A stretch of 64,000 bases of DNA from a virus: IMG/VR virus record IMGVR_UViG_3300029904_000353, positions 1,107 through 65,106 of that record; one strand, 5' to 3'. A model generated the notes under the pieces. It searched no databases. It saw only the letters and a list, made by a program, of their open reading frames with translations, and was not told the DNA's origin. This document shows, piece after piece, positions 1 through 9,268 of the stretch (positions are counted from its first letter, which is position 1; every line of letters begins with the position of its first letter). A program made the position numbers and the translations under genes.

Positions 1-1
1 C

Positions 2-91
2 AGCTCCACCACCTCCATATACATCAACTTCAACCGTGAGAAGGTGGATCAAGCGAACAGGAAGGTGATAGACTTCTTTTTGCTTCGATGA
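2..91 (+). CDS. C-terminal end of probable tyrosine integrase (partial)
   Basis: Translated by hand: SSTTSIYINFNREKVDQANRKVIDFFLLR*, resembling the TT.IY...D.ANRKV tail of Bacteroidales tyrosine recombinases; position next to immunity operon. Confidence 0.6.
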   Translation, partial: SSTTSIYINFNREKVDQANRKVIDFFLLR

Positions 92-365
92 GTTCGTCAT
101 AGATAACATGGCTGAACTCATTACTGAAATACTCTGCCCACTCTCTATACAACAAACATACTCCTGTCCGAGGATCTGTATAATCCATCGCATCCCACAG
201 GTCTTCCAGACGCCCTTCCGCCTCAAACGGATCACAACCAAAGGCTTCTGAAACCTCATCAGGATAATAGTCAATGATAGCGTCTATCTAGTCCCCGCGA
301 TCCGTACAACCTTTGTGATAGATGGCGTTGAAAGTAGCTTTATAGATTGCTTTTTCTCTTTCCAT
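30..365 (-). pseudogene. 111-codon acidic ORF interrupted by in-frame TAG at codon 26 (288-290)
   Basis: Hand translation MEREKAIYKATFNAIYHKGCTDRGD*IDAIIDYYPDEVSEAFGCDPFEAEGRLEDLWDAMDY...; A-rich leader before ATG. Confidence 0.5.
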
Positions 366-379
366 ATTTTATGATGTTT

Positions 380-532
380 TTAAGGATGGATGTCTATTAC
401 ATTCCCAGTCCACTTGTCAACGACAAAAGATTTGCTGATCACGTATCTTCCGTTCTGGATGTACAAGTAGAAAAGAAACAATGCAAACACGGCGATGATG
501 AGTTTCGCGATTCTGTACCAATTCTATTTCAT
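380..532 (-). pseudogene. 50-codon single-TM ORF interrupted by in-frame TAG at codon 3 (524-526)
   Basis: MK*NWYRIAKLIIAVFALFLFYLYIQNGRYVISKSFVVDKWTGNVIDIHP; ATG overlaps the upstream stop (ATGA). Confidence 0.5.
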
Positions 533-1188
533 TCTTCAACTCCCTCAAAATTGAATATATACATATCATTACCTAACTTCAAATGCAGCTCAAATGGTTT
601 TCCTTTTGGATTCTCTACTGCTATTATCCCATTAAGTTCTTGTCCGGAAAAGACGGTATTCCTTTTTAGATATTCTTTCCTCACATATTCTTCAGCATCA
701 GAATATGCAGCATCTTGCCCACCAGTATAGACACTTATTGTCGATTCCACTTCCCCTGTATTTTGGCCTTGCCCGTCTTTGATGGCAGTAGCGGCATTTA
801 CTTTCTCCACATTATCAGGTCCGAACCAAAGAATATTTTTCTTCAACTTCTTTAAATACTCGGATGCAGAATACACTTCTAATTCCACTTCTTTACCTTT
901 TCTAATAGTAAAAGCTGTTATCCCTTTCGGATTGAAATCCAAAGGGGATTCTCCTTGGTTTCTCAAAACAACATACAATCTCATTTCTTTCCCAAACCCA
1001 TATGATTTACTCGAAATCCGAGGTGCAAGAGAGATTTCCAAATTCTCTGTGCTATAACTCAAGACTTCTACACCATCAATATAGACACGAATAGGATTAT
1101 CATAACGCGTCTGAGAAAATAACAAGACACTACATGAAAGTAATAAAATCGTAAAAAATGTCTTCATCACACATTCGTTTTTATGCAT
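529..1188 (-). CDS. Exported hypothetical protein in immunity operon
   Basis: N-terminal signal-like segment MKTFFTILLLSCSVLLFSQ; tightly packed behind repressor and lipoprotein. Confidence 0.8.
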   Translation of the reverse strand: MHKNECVMKTFFTILLLSCSVLLFSQTRYDNPIRVYIDGVEVLSYSTENLEISLAPRISSKSYGFGKEMRLYVVLRNQGESPLDFNPKGITAFTIRKGKEVELEVYSASEYLKKLKKNILWFGPDNVEKVNAATAIKDGQGQNTGEVESTISVYTGGQDAAYSDAEEYVRKEYLKRNTVFSGQELNGIIAVENPKGKPFELHLKLGNDMYIFNFEGVEE

Positions 1189-1190
1189 AC

Positions 1191-1778
1191 TTAGTTTTTT
1201 GATTCTACAATACTATCAACCTCTATCCATAAGTTATCCATTTCATATTCTTTTTCAGACGGGTAACCGGTTATTTGTTCAGTAAGCCACCTCTTAATCC
1301 TAACTATAAAATGAGCTTTATCTAAATCTAATAAATCCTCTACAGGCATATTCAATGTATGTAAATTATTTATTCTCAATTCATTAGAATGTATAGCATC
1401 ATACAAATAAGCAATATCTTCATCATCGCTTAAATAACTATCAACAATCTCTTTATTGGACATGTTTCTCATATTGGAATAAGTTTTCTTCATCTCTCGG
1501 ATTATATATTTTAATAACTTTTTACGCTCACTCACGTTATTATTATATTGTATATACTCAGTGCATCGTATTATACCTTTTTCATCCATACATTCACCAC
1601 AAAATCCTCCAGAAATAGAAGTTATATTCTCATTAATAATAAGAATTCCACCTTGAATTTCATCACATCTTTTATTAGAATGAATCATACCCTTTCTATC
1701 AATATAATAATAATAAGATGATTTTTTGCAAGATGACAAAATAACAAATCCTAATAATAGAATACATATATTCTTCAT
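1191..1778 (-). CDS. Lipoprotein, candidate lysogenic-conversion/superinfection-exclusion factor
   Basis: Lipobox MKNICILLLGFVILSSC; directly downstream of repressor. Confidence 0.78.
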   Translation of the reverse strand: MKNICILLLGFVILSSCKKSSYYYYIDRKGMIHSNKRCDEIQGGILIINENITSISGGFCGECMDEKGIIRCTEYIQYNNNVSERKKLLKYIIREMKKTYSNMRNMSNKEIVDSYLSDDEDIAYLYDAIHSNELRINNLHTLNMPVEDLLDLDKAHFIVRIKRWLTEQITGYPSEKEYEMDNLWIEVDSIVESKN

Positions 1779-1797
1779 AATTTCTATTAATACAAAA

Positions 1798-2448
1798 TTA
1801 CAATCTTTTCATACACCCCAATACTTGGTACACTATCTCAATCATATCCTTACGCAAATCCTGTACCCCATACTCCGGAGACTTATTGGTCGGAACCAAT
1901 GAATAACAATCCACATTCTCTGAAGGTCCAATACGCTTGATAGTACGCATTCCATTTCTTGTAACTATTGCATAAACCTCACCGAAAGGAAGAAATGAAA
2001 AATCTTCTATACGTTTTAAGGCTATAATATCCCCATGGGTAATTTCCGGCTCCATACTATGCCCCGTGACATTACACCAACAAGTAGCCTCGTTGTACTT
2101 CTTAAAATCTATCAGATATTCCGGTACAGTGGTCTGGTCATTGAGAACGATATCAAAGCCTCCGATGAAGTCTACATTATAATATGGTACGCCTTTGGAA
2201 TAATTAATGTTGGGCAATTCATTTTCCACAGGATTTGAGGAATCAAGAAGCATATTCCCATCACCGCTTATAAGCCAAGAACGATTTAATAAGGGAAATG
2301 CTCTTAGAACATTTTCTACCTTATCTGAACCCATACCTTCACGTATATTATTAACATAACCATTTGAAAGAGAGCATCTTCTTTCAAATTCAGATCTCGA
2401 AATACCTTGACTTTTAATAAAAGTCATCAATCGTTCCTTTATTCCCAT
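1798..2448 (-). CDS. CI-like repressor (N-terminal HTH + S24 autoproteolytic domain)
   Basis: HTH ISRSEFERRCSLSNGYV; S24 motifs VTGHSMEP and TIKRI; divergent from cro-like gene. Confidence 0.92.
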   Translation of the reverse strand: MGIKERLMTFIKSQGISRSEFERRCSLSNGYVNNIREGMGSDKVENVLRAFPLLNRSWLISGDGNMLLDSSNPVENELPNINYSKGVPYYNVDFIGGFDIVLNDQTTVPEYLIDFKKYNEATCWCNVTGHSMEPEITHGDIIALKRIEDFSFLPFGEVYAIVTRNGMRTIKRIGPSENVDCYSLVPTNKSPEYGVQDLRKDMIEIVYQVLGCMKRL

Positions 2449-2480
2449 ACGCCTCTACATTAGTTAATAATTGTTTATTA

Positions 2481-2553
2481 TTAGAAATATCTCATAGAAA
2501 CATTTCTAAATCTCAAATATTATATTCATCTTTGCAGCAACAAAGTTAGAAAA
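2481..2553. promoter_or_regulatory. Candidate repressor operators (TAGAAA-NN-TTTCTA) and rightward promoter
   Basis: Perfect inverted repeat TAGAAA CA TTTCTA at 2495-2508, further TAGAAA half-sites at 2482 and 2547; near-consensus -7 box CATCTTTG at 2527-2534. Confidence 0.5.
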
Positions 2554-2585
2554 TAAACTTGTAAACACATAAACATCTATAAATA

Positions 2586-2816
2586 ATGATAGACATAAGA
2601 GACGAAAAATACTTAAGCAACTTGAAAGCGCTGCGCGAATCGCTTCCGGCCGGATATACCAAACGGATATCACAGGAAATGGGCGTATCTGCTATGACCG
2701 TTACCAATGCACTTTGGGGACGAACAAGACGCTACGACATAGTGGAAAAGGCTATACAGATAATGAACGACTACAACAAGTTAGCCCGGAAATTAGAAAA
2801 AACAGTGAACGAATAA
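2586..2816 (+). CDS. Cro-like HTH regulator
   Basis: HTH KRISQEMGVSAMTVTNALWG; first gene of the rightward operon, divergent from CI. Confidence 0.8.
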   Translation: MIDIRDEKYLSNLKALRESLPAGYTKRISQEMGVSAMTVTNALWGRTRRYDIVEKAIQIMNDYNKLARKLEKTVNE

Positions 2817-2832
2817 TAAATCCCATAACCTT

Positions 2833-3000
2833 ATGAAACTCTACATCTACCCCATCGCCAGCATCATGCTGATCATTGCCAGCCGGTTGCTTTCACACCA
2901 TGTACACTGCACAGGATGGAGCATCGCCATGCTGGCAGCCGGATTCATTAGCCTGGGCATCTACGCCTGGAAGTGTGACAAACAAGCCAACAGGAGGTGA
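2833..3000 (+). CDS. 55-aa two-TM small protein (below ORF-track cutoff)
   Basis: MKLYIYPIASIMLIIASRLLSHHVHCTGWSIAMLAAGFISLGIYAWKCDKQANRR*. Confidence 0.55.
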   Translation: MKLYIYPIASIMLIIASRLLSHHVHCTGWSIAMLAAGFISLGIYAWKCDKQANRR

Positions 3001-3004
3001 AGAC

Positions 3005-3217
3005 ATGGCACGCACAAGGAACATCGGAAAGATAATGCCCGTGCCAAAGGTATGGCTCAGCAAGAAAGAACTGGCCGCCTACCTGGGCGTATCCACCCGC
3101 TACATCGAGGTGAACATCAACACCAATCCGAAGGTAGACCTCTACAGGATGAGCGACAGGGTCGTGTTGTACAACAAAGAAAACATCGACCTAATCATAC
3201 GACGGTCCAAGACGTAA
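3005..3217 (+). CDS. Excisionase-like/winged-helix DNA-binding protein
   Basis: WLSKKELAAYLGVSTRYI motif typical of Xis/HTH_17 proteins; start reassigned to ATG 3005 after AGGAGGTGA. Confidence 0.7.
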   Translation: MARTRNIGKIMPVPKVWLSKKELAAYLGVSTRYIEVNINTNPKVDLYRMSDRVVLYNKENIDLIIRRSKT

Positions 3218-3236
3218 ACGAACACACGGACAAAAA

Positions 3237-3377
3237 TCCCCCTCCGGAAGGCGGACATCGCGCACACTACAACCACAAAGATGAATGGATTCAAAGTCAT
3301 AACGGCGCATGTTTTCAATAGGTAGTGTTTTCAGGATGACAGCGCGAAGGGCGGCAGTTCGAATCTGCCAGGGGGAA
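3237..3377 (+). ncRNA. tRNA-like element A (acceptor stem + T-arm, long arm with 14-codon mini-ORF replacing anticodon arm)
   Basis: TCCCCCT 3237-3243 pairs AGGGGGA 3370-3376; T-arm GGCAG-TTCGAAT-CTGCC 3353-3369; CGCGC/GCGCG and ACACTAC/GTAGTGT internal helices. Confidence 0.6.
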
Positions 3378-3390
3378 CGAATCTATAAAA

Positions 3391-3838
3391 CAGCATAGGC
3401 AATTACCCGGCAAGGTCTCAGCACAACAGCCTCAAAGCTGACATACATAGCCGGACTTGAGGGGAGGGCGAAAGATGAACGTAGCCTACCCGCCTCATGC
3501 GCAAGTCGCACATCTGCTGACATGTGCCGCGAACGTCATGACGAACCCGGGAAATATGCTGCCGTAGACATCTATGAGATTATAAATAGCCCTTCAGTGG
3601 GCACTCTACATATAGATACCATCCCCGCCCGGCCACGAGCCTGCCCTTTGATGCGGAGGCGGGGAACAAACCCTAACCATGTTTTAATCATATATATTTT
3701 GTGCTTAGCATGTTAACTGTCCCGCCCGGTCCGTGAGGATAGGACGGATTTCTGATTCCGAGACAAATCTTTGCTTGGCTCCATGGTTTGAGAAAGGGCC
3801 GGCCCCACGGGTTGGGGCTGACCCGCAAACCTGGGACA
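3391..3838 (+). ncRNA. Structured non-coding tract (several GC-clamped stem modules)
   Basis: CAGCATA/TATGCTG closing pair; TCCCCGCC 3622-3629/GGCGGGGA 3658-3665; TGTCCC 3718-3723/GGGACA 3833-3838; GNRA loop CC-GTGA-GG; no convincing ORF. Confidence 0.4.
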
Positions 3839-3882
3839 AACAAAGAAATATATAATAATGTATCACTTAAACTCAAACCATT

Positions 3883-4839
3883 ATGAGCAACATCCAAATC
3901 ACCGTTGACAGGCTGAACCAGTTACAGCCTGCCGACATCCTGACCTACGAACCTGTCAGGGACAAATTCATTCAAATCTGGGACACCCTCTGGGGCGAAG
4001 GGACAGGAGAAGCCGCCTACGAACGTGAGCTGAACCACTTCACCCACTGGCTGAAGGACAACGCGCAGACCGCATCCAAGGTCACGTGCTTCTCCATCTT
4101 CACCACCTTCATCGACCTGGCTATCTGCGGCCTTTCCGTCGAGCCGGGCGTGCGCGCCCTCTGCTACCTGCAAGGGAGAAATATCACCGTAGGGAAAGAT
4201 GACAAAGGGAAAAGCATATATGAAGCCCGGCTCACACTCAACATATCAGGTTATGGAGAACTGGTGATGCGTGCACGGGCCGGACAAATCAAGTATGCCG
4301 ACAACCCCGTCATCGTCTATGAGGAAGACAGTTTTTCCTTCTCGGACAACGACGGGCGCAAATCCGTAAAATACACCTGCAACCTCCCGCACAAAAGCCG
4401 GCACATCGTGGCCTGCTTCATGAAGATTGTCCGCACGGACAACTCCGTGGACTACGCCGTGATGTTCGAGGAAGACTGGGCGCGGCTCTCCGACTACTCC
4501 GCCAAGCAAAACCGGAAGTGGGACGACCAGAGCCGCCGGTGGGTGAAAGGAAACCCCAACGAACTCTATTCTTCGCAGAACGGAGGCATCGATCCCGGCT
4601 TCCTGATGGCCAAATGTATCAAACATGCCTTTAAGACCTATCCGAAGGTGCGAATCGGCAAGGCCACGCAGATGGATACCGACACGGTGGATGCACCGCA
4701 AGAAAATTTATACGGCGTGGAAGAACCGGAAGAAAAGCCGCAGCCCGAAAAGCCGCAGAACTTCTGCCCGCCGCGCGACGACTCCCAAGGTGTCACCATC
4801 GACCCCGGACAATCGGAAGACGGCGACGAACCCTGGTAA
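3883..4839 (+). CDS. recT: RecT/Redbeta-like single-strand annealing protein
   Basis: GLSVEP..CYL, SGYGELVMRARAG, final K.CIKHAFK motif and acidic tail characteristic of RecT family. Confidence 0.82.
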   Translation: MSNIQITVDRLNQLQPADILTYEPVRDKFIQIWDTLWGEGTGEAAYERELNHFTHWLKDNAQTASKVTCFSIFTTFIDLAICGLSVEPGVRALCYLQGRNITVGKDDKGKSIYEARLTLNISGYGELVMRARAGQIKYADNPVIVYEEDSFSFSDNDGRKSVKYTCNLPHKSRHIVACFMKIVRTDNSVDYAVMFEEDWARLSDYSAKQNRKWDDQSRRWVKGNPNELYSSQNGGIDPGFLMAKCIKHAFKTYPKVRIGKATQMDTDTVDAPQENLYGVEEPEEKPQPEKPQNFCPPRDDSQGVTIDPGQSEDGDEPW

Positions 4840-4871
4840 TTCTTCATTCTTAATTCTTCATTTTATATATT

Positions 4872-6071
4872 ATGAGCAACGAACTTATCCTACGCGAAGA
4901 CAACATACGCCTGGTAATGTCCCAAGCCCCGCAGGCATGGCGCGACAACCAGCAAAGCCATGACCGCTGCCTCGCCTCCTGCCGGTCCCTGCTGGACACC
5001 ATAGAGGCCGAAGGCATGAACGACGAACTCGACCAGATGGCGGACACCTACATCCGCAAGAGCCGCAACACCGTGAAGAAGATGAACGAACAGCGCAGTG
5101 CCGTCACCAAACTGTTCGACGAGATACGCACCGTCTTCACCACACTGGAGAACGAAGTGGACCCCACGAAGAAAGGCAGCATACCCTATCAGTTGCAGGA
5201 CTACCGCAACGCCTATGCCGCCAGGAAGCAGCGCGAGGCCGAGGAACGCAGACGCGCCGAAGAACAACGCCAACGCCGCGAACTGGCACGCGCATCCTAC
5301 CTCCGGGACGTGGAGGCCGATTACCGCCAGACGTTCAACCGGCACCTCACACAGCGGTACAACGAGTTGGCCGCGCTCAACCAGGAGATTACCCTACAAA
5401 ACTTCGAGGAGCAAGAGCGCAAGATACGAGCCATCCCCCTGGACCTGCCCGACGACTACGCATCGGCCCTCTACTCCGGCGTGCGCATTCCGGCAGAGAT
5501 GGACAGCACAGAGGCAGCAGGCATCCGCCGGCAGGTACTCGAAGGGCTGATGCCCCAGTTCCGCGAGCAGTACAACTTCGAGATGCAGTCCAACGTGGAA
5601 AGCGTCCTTACCCTCCTGCCCAGCAAGAGGAAAGAACTAGAGGCCATCGCAAAATCGTCTGCCGAAGAAGCCGCCCGCCGTGCCGAAGAACTGAAACGCC
5701 GCGAGGCCGAGGAAGCCGCCCGCCGCGAACAGGAACGCATCCGCCGCGAGCAGGAAGAGCGCGAACGCCAGCAGGTGCAGAAACAGCAGGCTGAAATGGC
5801 CGGACTGTTCGAGCAGGCCAAAGCCGCCGCCCCTGTCTACCAGCCCAAAGCACAGGTGAAGAAGCGCATCGTGGTCAACGACCCGCGCGGATTCCTCGAC
5901 ATCCTCAACCTCTGGTGGACAACGGAAGGCGTCACCCTCAGCGTGGAGGAACTGGCGAAGAAATTCAAGTCGCAGCTCACCCTCTGCGAACGCCTGGCCA
6001 ACGACAAGCAGGACCCGCGCTTCATCCAGTCTGCCTATATCACGTATGAAGACGAAGTAAAAGCAAAGTAA
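4872..6071 (+). CDS. Coiled-coil hypothetical protein of recombination module
   Basis: 399-aa ORF with long E/R/A-rich helices between RecT and nuclease. Confidence 0.8.
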   Translation: MSNELILREDNIRLVMSQAPQAWRDNQQSHDRCLASCRSLLDTIEAEGMNDELDQMADTYIRKSRNTVKKMNEQRSAVTKLFDEIRTVFTTLENEVDPTKKGSIPYQLQDYRNAYAARKQREAEERRRAEEQRQRRELARASYLRDVEADYRQTFNRHLTQRYNELAALNQEITLQNFEEQERKIRAIPLDLPDDYASALYSGVRIPAEMDSTEAAGIRRQVLEGLMPQFREQYNFEMQSNVESVLTLLPSKRKELEAIAKSSAEEAARRAEELKRREAEEAARREQERIRREQEERERQQVQKQQAEMAGLFEQAKAAAPVYQPKAQVKKRIVVNDPRGFLDILNLWWTTEGVTLSVEELAKKFKSQLTLCERLANDKQDPRFIQSAYITYEDEVKAK

Positions 6072-6085
6072 ATTAAGAACTAATA

Positions 6086-6742
6086 ATGGATGCCTATTAC
6101 AACCGCACCGAAGTCTCCAACAGCGACCTCACCGAACTGAAGAACCTGCTGCACCCGCACATCCAATACGGCGACCGTGAGCAGGCCTTCCGGTTCGGAT
6201 CGCTGGTGGATGCCATCATCACCGAACCCGACCGCGTCAACTACTTCCGGCGGACGGTGGACGATGTTCTCTATACGGACGAAGAATTTGACCACGCCCG
6301 CGAGATGAACCGGTCCCTGCGCATGGAAGCCCGTCACGACGCTTTCCTGAAGACCGTGCTGGAGCAGGCCGAGACGCAACGCTTCATGGTGAACGGCAGG
6401 CAGGACTTCGAGTATGGCGGATTCGCCTTCACGCTGCCCACCCGTTGCAAATGGGACTGGTGGATGCCCTTCGCCGGATTCGGCGGAGACCTCAAGACCA
6501 CGTTCGCCGCCTCGCAGCGGGAGTTTGAGGAAGCCATCGACTTCTTCGACTGGGACCGCAGCCGCGCCTGGTACATGGACATCGCCGGGAGCAACCGCGA
6601 CTTCATCTACGCCATCAGCAAACGGAATTGCCTGGTGTTCAAGCACTTCATCAACCGGGGCGACGGCACCTACCGCCGAGGCCGCGAGAAGTACGAGGAA
6701 CTGGCCTTCCAGTATTGGCTTTTTAATTTGAATGGAATATGA
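6086..6742 (+). CDS. PD-(D/E)XK exonuclease (RecE-like partner of RecT)
   Basis: RFGSLVDAIITEP, RCKWDWW, GGDLKTT and QxxxY-like RAWY motifs. Confidence 0.8.
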   Translation: MDAYYNRTEVSNSDLTELKNLLHPHIQYGDREQAFRFGSLVDAIITEPDRVNYFRRTVDDVLYTDEEFDHAREMNRSLRMEARHDAFLKTVLEQAETQRFMVNGRQDFEYGGFAFTLPTRCKWDWWMPFAGFGGDLKTTFAASQREFEEAIDFFDWDRSRAWYMDIAGSNRDFIYAISKRNCLVFKHFINRGDGTYRRGREKYEELAFQYWLFNLNGI

Positions 6743-6930
6743 AAAAAGGAGAATACAGCTACCACCCCTACGGTCGGCACTTCCGCATCTACGTCTGCAT
6801 CTACGCCGACAGTCGCACCACGACGTCCGACCCCGTGCCCGGCGAGCCACTCTACACCGACCGCGAGGCAGCCAGAAAGAGAGTGTACGAACTGAACGGA
6901 TGGAACTACAAACCAAGACAACCCCGATGA
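6739..6930 (+). CDS. Small hypothetical protein
   Basis: 63 aa, ATGA-coupled to both neighbours. Confidence 0.6.
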   Translation: MKKGEYSYHPYGRHFRIYVCIYADSRTTTSDPVPGEPLYTDREAARKRVYELNGWNYKPRQPR

Positions 6931-8327
6931 GCACCCCTCTGAAAGTCACCCCCTACCCCTACCAGTCGGAAGGTATTGCGCAAGGATTGAAGTGGAAACG
7001 CTTCTTCCTGGCCGACGAACCCGGACTGGGCAAGACGCTGCAAAGCATCGGCATCATCCACGCCGCCGGCGCCTGGCCCTGCCTGGTCATCTGCCCCTCC
7101 TCGCTGAAGATCAACTGGCAGCGCGAGGTGGAGAAGTTCACAGACGCCAAGGCCCTTGTCCTGACCGATGCCGTGCGCACCACGTGGCCCTACCTCGTGC
7201 AGATGCGGATGTTCCAATACATCATCGTCAACTACGAGAGCCTGCGCAAGTACTTCGTGTGGGACATCAAGGGAGGCAAGTCCTTCCGGCTCCGCGACGT
7301 GGTGTTCTGCCCGCAGATACGCCTGTTCCGCTCGGTCATCATCGACGAGAGCCACCGCGTGAAGGACGCCACGACCCAGCAGGCCAAGTTCGCCAAGGGG
7401 CTGGCGGCGGGCAAGGAATACATCATCCTGCTCAGCGGCACGCCCGTGGTCAACCGCCCCGCCGACCTCGTGGCGCAACTCTCCATCATGGACCGCCTGA
7501 AGGACTTCGGCGGGCGCGGACAGTTCCTGCTGGACTACGCCCAAGGGGAACACGAAGCCTCCAACCTCGACGAACTGAGCCGACGGCTTTACGCCACCTG
7601 CCTGCTTCGCCGGGAAAAGGCCAAAGTCCTGACACAGCTGCCCGCCAAGACCCGCGTGGACCTCTACGTGGACATCGCCAACCGCGAGGAATACGACACC
7701 GCCGCCGGCGACCTGGCGCAGTACTTGCGGGACTACAAGCAGTGTTCCGAGCCGGAGATACGCCGCAAGATGCGCATGGAAGCCCTGGTACGCTTCATGG
7801 CCCTGCGGGGCATCGCCGCACGGGGGAAGGTGGCACAAGCCGCAGACTTCATCCGCACCGTCACCGACAGCGGCCAGCCCCTCGTGGTGTTCTGCTCGCT
7901 GCACGACATCGTGGACGAGCTGCACCGCCTGTTCCCCCGCGCCGTCACCGTCACCGGACGGGACAACGCCGTGATGAAGCAGGCCGCCGTGGACGCCTTC
8001 CAGCAAGGGCGGACCCGGCTCATCATCTGCTCCATCAAGGCCGCAGGCGTGGGCCTCACGCTCACCGCCGCCAGCCGCGTGGCCTTCATCGAGTTCCCCT
8101 GGACGTATGCCGACTGCCAGCAGTGCGAAGACCGCTGCCACCGCATCGGACAGCGCGACAACGTGACGTGCTACTACCTCATCGGCCGCGGCACCATCGA
8201 CCGCAAGCTCTACCAGATCATCTACGACAAGCGGGCCGTGGCCAACCAGGTGATGGCCGCCGACGACGAAATCCCGACGGACACCCTGTATTTCGACGAA
8301 CTGGCCGAAGCCTTCTTACATGAATAA
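6927..8327 (+). CDS. SNF2-family (HARP-like) helicase
   Basis: PYQSEG Q-motif, ADEPGLGKT, IIDESH, LSGTP, QCEDRCHRIGQ; start reassigned to ATG 6927. Confidence 0.92.
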   Translation: MSTPLKVTPYPYQSEGIAQGLKWKRFFLADEPGLGKTLQSIGIIHAAGAWPCLVICPSSLKINWQREVEKFTDAKALVLTDAVRTTWPYLVQMRMFQYIIVNYESLRKYFVWDIKGGKSFRLRDVVFCPQIRLFRSVIIDESHRVKDATTQQAKFAKGLAAGKEYIILLSGTPVVNRPADLVAQLSIMDRLKDFGGRGQFLLDYAQGEHEASNLDELSRRLYATCLLRREKAKVLTQLPAKTRVDLYVDIANREEYDTAAGDLAQYLRDYKQCSEPEIRRKMRMEALVRFMALRGIAARGKVAQAADFIRTVTDSGQPLVVFCSLHDIVDELHRLFPRAVTVTGRDNAVMKQAAVDAFQQGRTRLIICSIKAAGVGLTLTAASRVAFIEFPWTYADCQQCEDRCHRIGQRDNVTCYYLIGRGTIDRKLYQIIYDKRAVANQVMAADDEIPTDTLYFDELAEAFLHE

Positions 8328-8347
8328 CTAATAATGAATAATGAAGA

Positions 8348-8515
8348 ATGGACGTATGCAAGACCGACCTCATCCAAGCCGCCCGCCTGCTACAAGAAGC
8401 GGCAACCTACATCCAATCCCGCGCCCGGTCGGCCCGCGAGGCCGACAAGGCCAGGCAGATGAACAGATTGAGCAAGAAACTGATTAAAAAGATAGAGACA
8501 AATGAAAAACTATGA
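8348..8515 (+). CDS. 55-aa helical hypothetical protein
   Basis: Hand translation MDVCKTDLIQAARLLQEAATYIQSRARSAREADKARQMNRLSKKLIKKIETNEKL*; fills the gap. Confidence 0.5.
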   Translation: MDVCKTDLIQAARLLQEAATYIQSRARSAREADKARQMNRLSKKLIKKIETNEKL

Positions 8516-9140
8516 ATGTAAAGTCATCCTCGACCGCACGATGGAGAACGGTATGACAAAGAAAGTAACCGAGCAGTACATCATTCAGGACTGCCTAAGC
8601 CTGTCCGAATCCGAAAGCCGCATGTCAGAGTACATAGCACCCTACGCAATCGGAGACTTTGAGGTCATTTCCTCCCGCGTGGCTCCCTACCATGAGATTG
8701 TATATGACAAGTTCGGCATCGTGAGCCAGGCAGACGGCGAAGCCCAGAAACTGCTCGGGCAGAACCGCAACGCGTCTACCGACCCCGACCGCTGGTACCG
8801 CGTGAAAGTATCCCTCATCACCCTCGACGAAAAGAGCGGAAGAGAAAAACGCACCGCTCTCAACCTGCTGGTCAACGCGTGCAGTGTAAACGCCGCGCAC
8901 GACGTCACGGTGGAACACATGAAAGGCTGCATGTCCGACTACGAAATCGGGAACATCGACGAGACCAAGATTATGGACGTGATACCTTTGGAAGAAATAC
9001 CGGCTGGACAGAAGTCATTCAAATCCTTCAAAAAGGAAGTAGGAAAGTTTGTAGACAGCTTGCCCAAAGGATACAAAACTACCATTCACGTGGACGGGAT
9101 GGAAGACGTCACCATCGACAAGACGAAGGAGGACGCGTAA
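8502..9140 (+). CDS. Hypothetical protein with internal duplication (DUF4494-like by recollection)
   Basis: Two related halves (YECKV..TMENGMTKKVTEQY.. / WYRVKV..TLDEKSGREKRTA..). Confidence 0.75.
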   Translation: MKNYECKVILDRTMENGMTKKVTEQYIIQDCLSLSESESRMSEYIAPYAIGDFEVISSRVAPYHEIVYDKFGIVSQADGEAQKLLGQNRNASTDPDRWYRVKVSLITLDEKSGREKRTALNLLVNACSVNAAHDVTVEHMKGCMSDYEIGNIDETKIMDVIPLEEIPAGQKSFKSFKKEVGKFVDSLPKGYKTTIHVDGMEDVTIDKTKEDA

Positions 9141-9268
9141 TGACCGAACAAGACTACATCCCCGACTGGTGGATACCGTGCCGTAAAACCCCGGCTTCAA
9201 CGCGATTAACCCCCGGCTTTAACCCCGTTAAACCGGGGATTCTATAAACATTACAAAACACAGAGACA

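Noticed and set aside
1-350. Prophage attachment site
   Set aside because: The integrase continues to the left of the window and no direct repeat shared with the right end was seen
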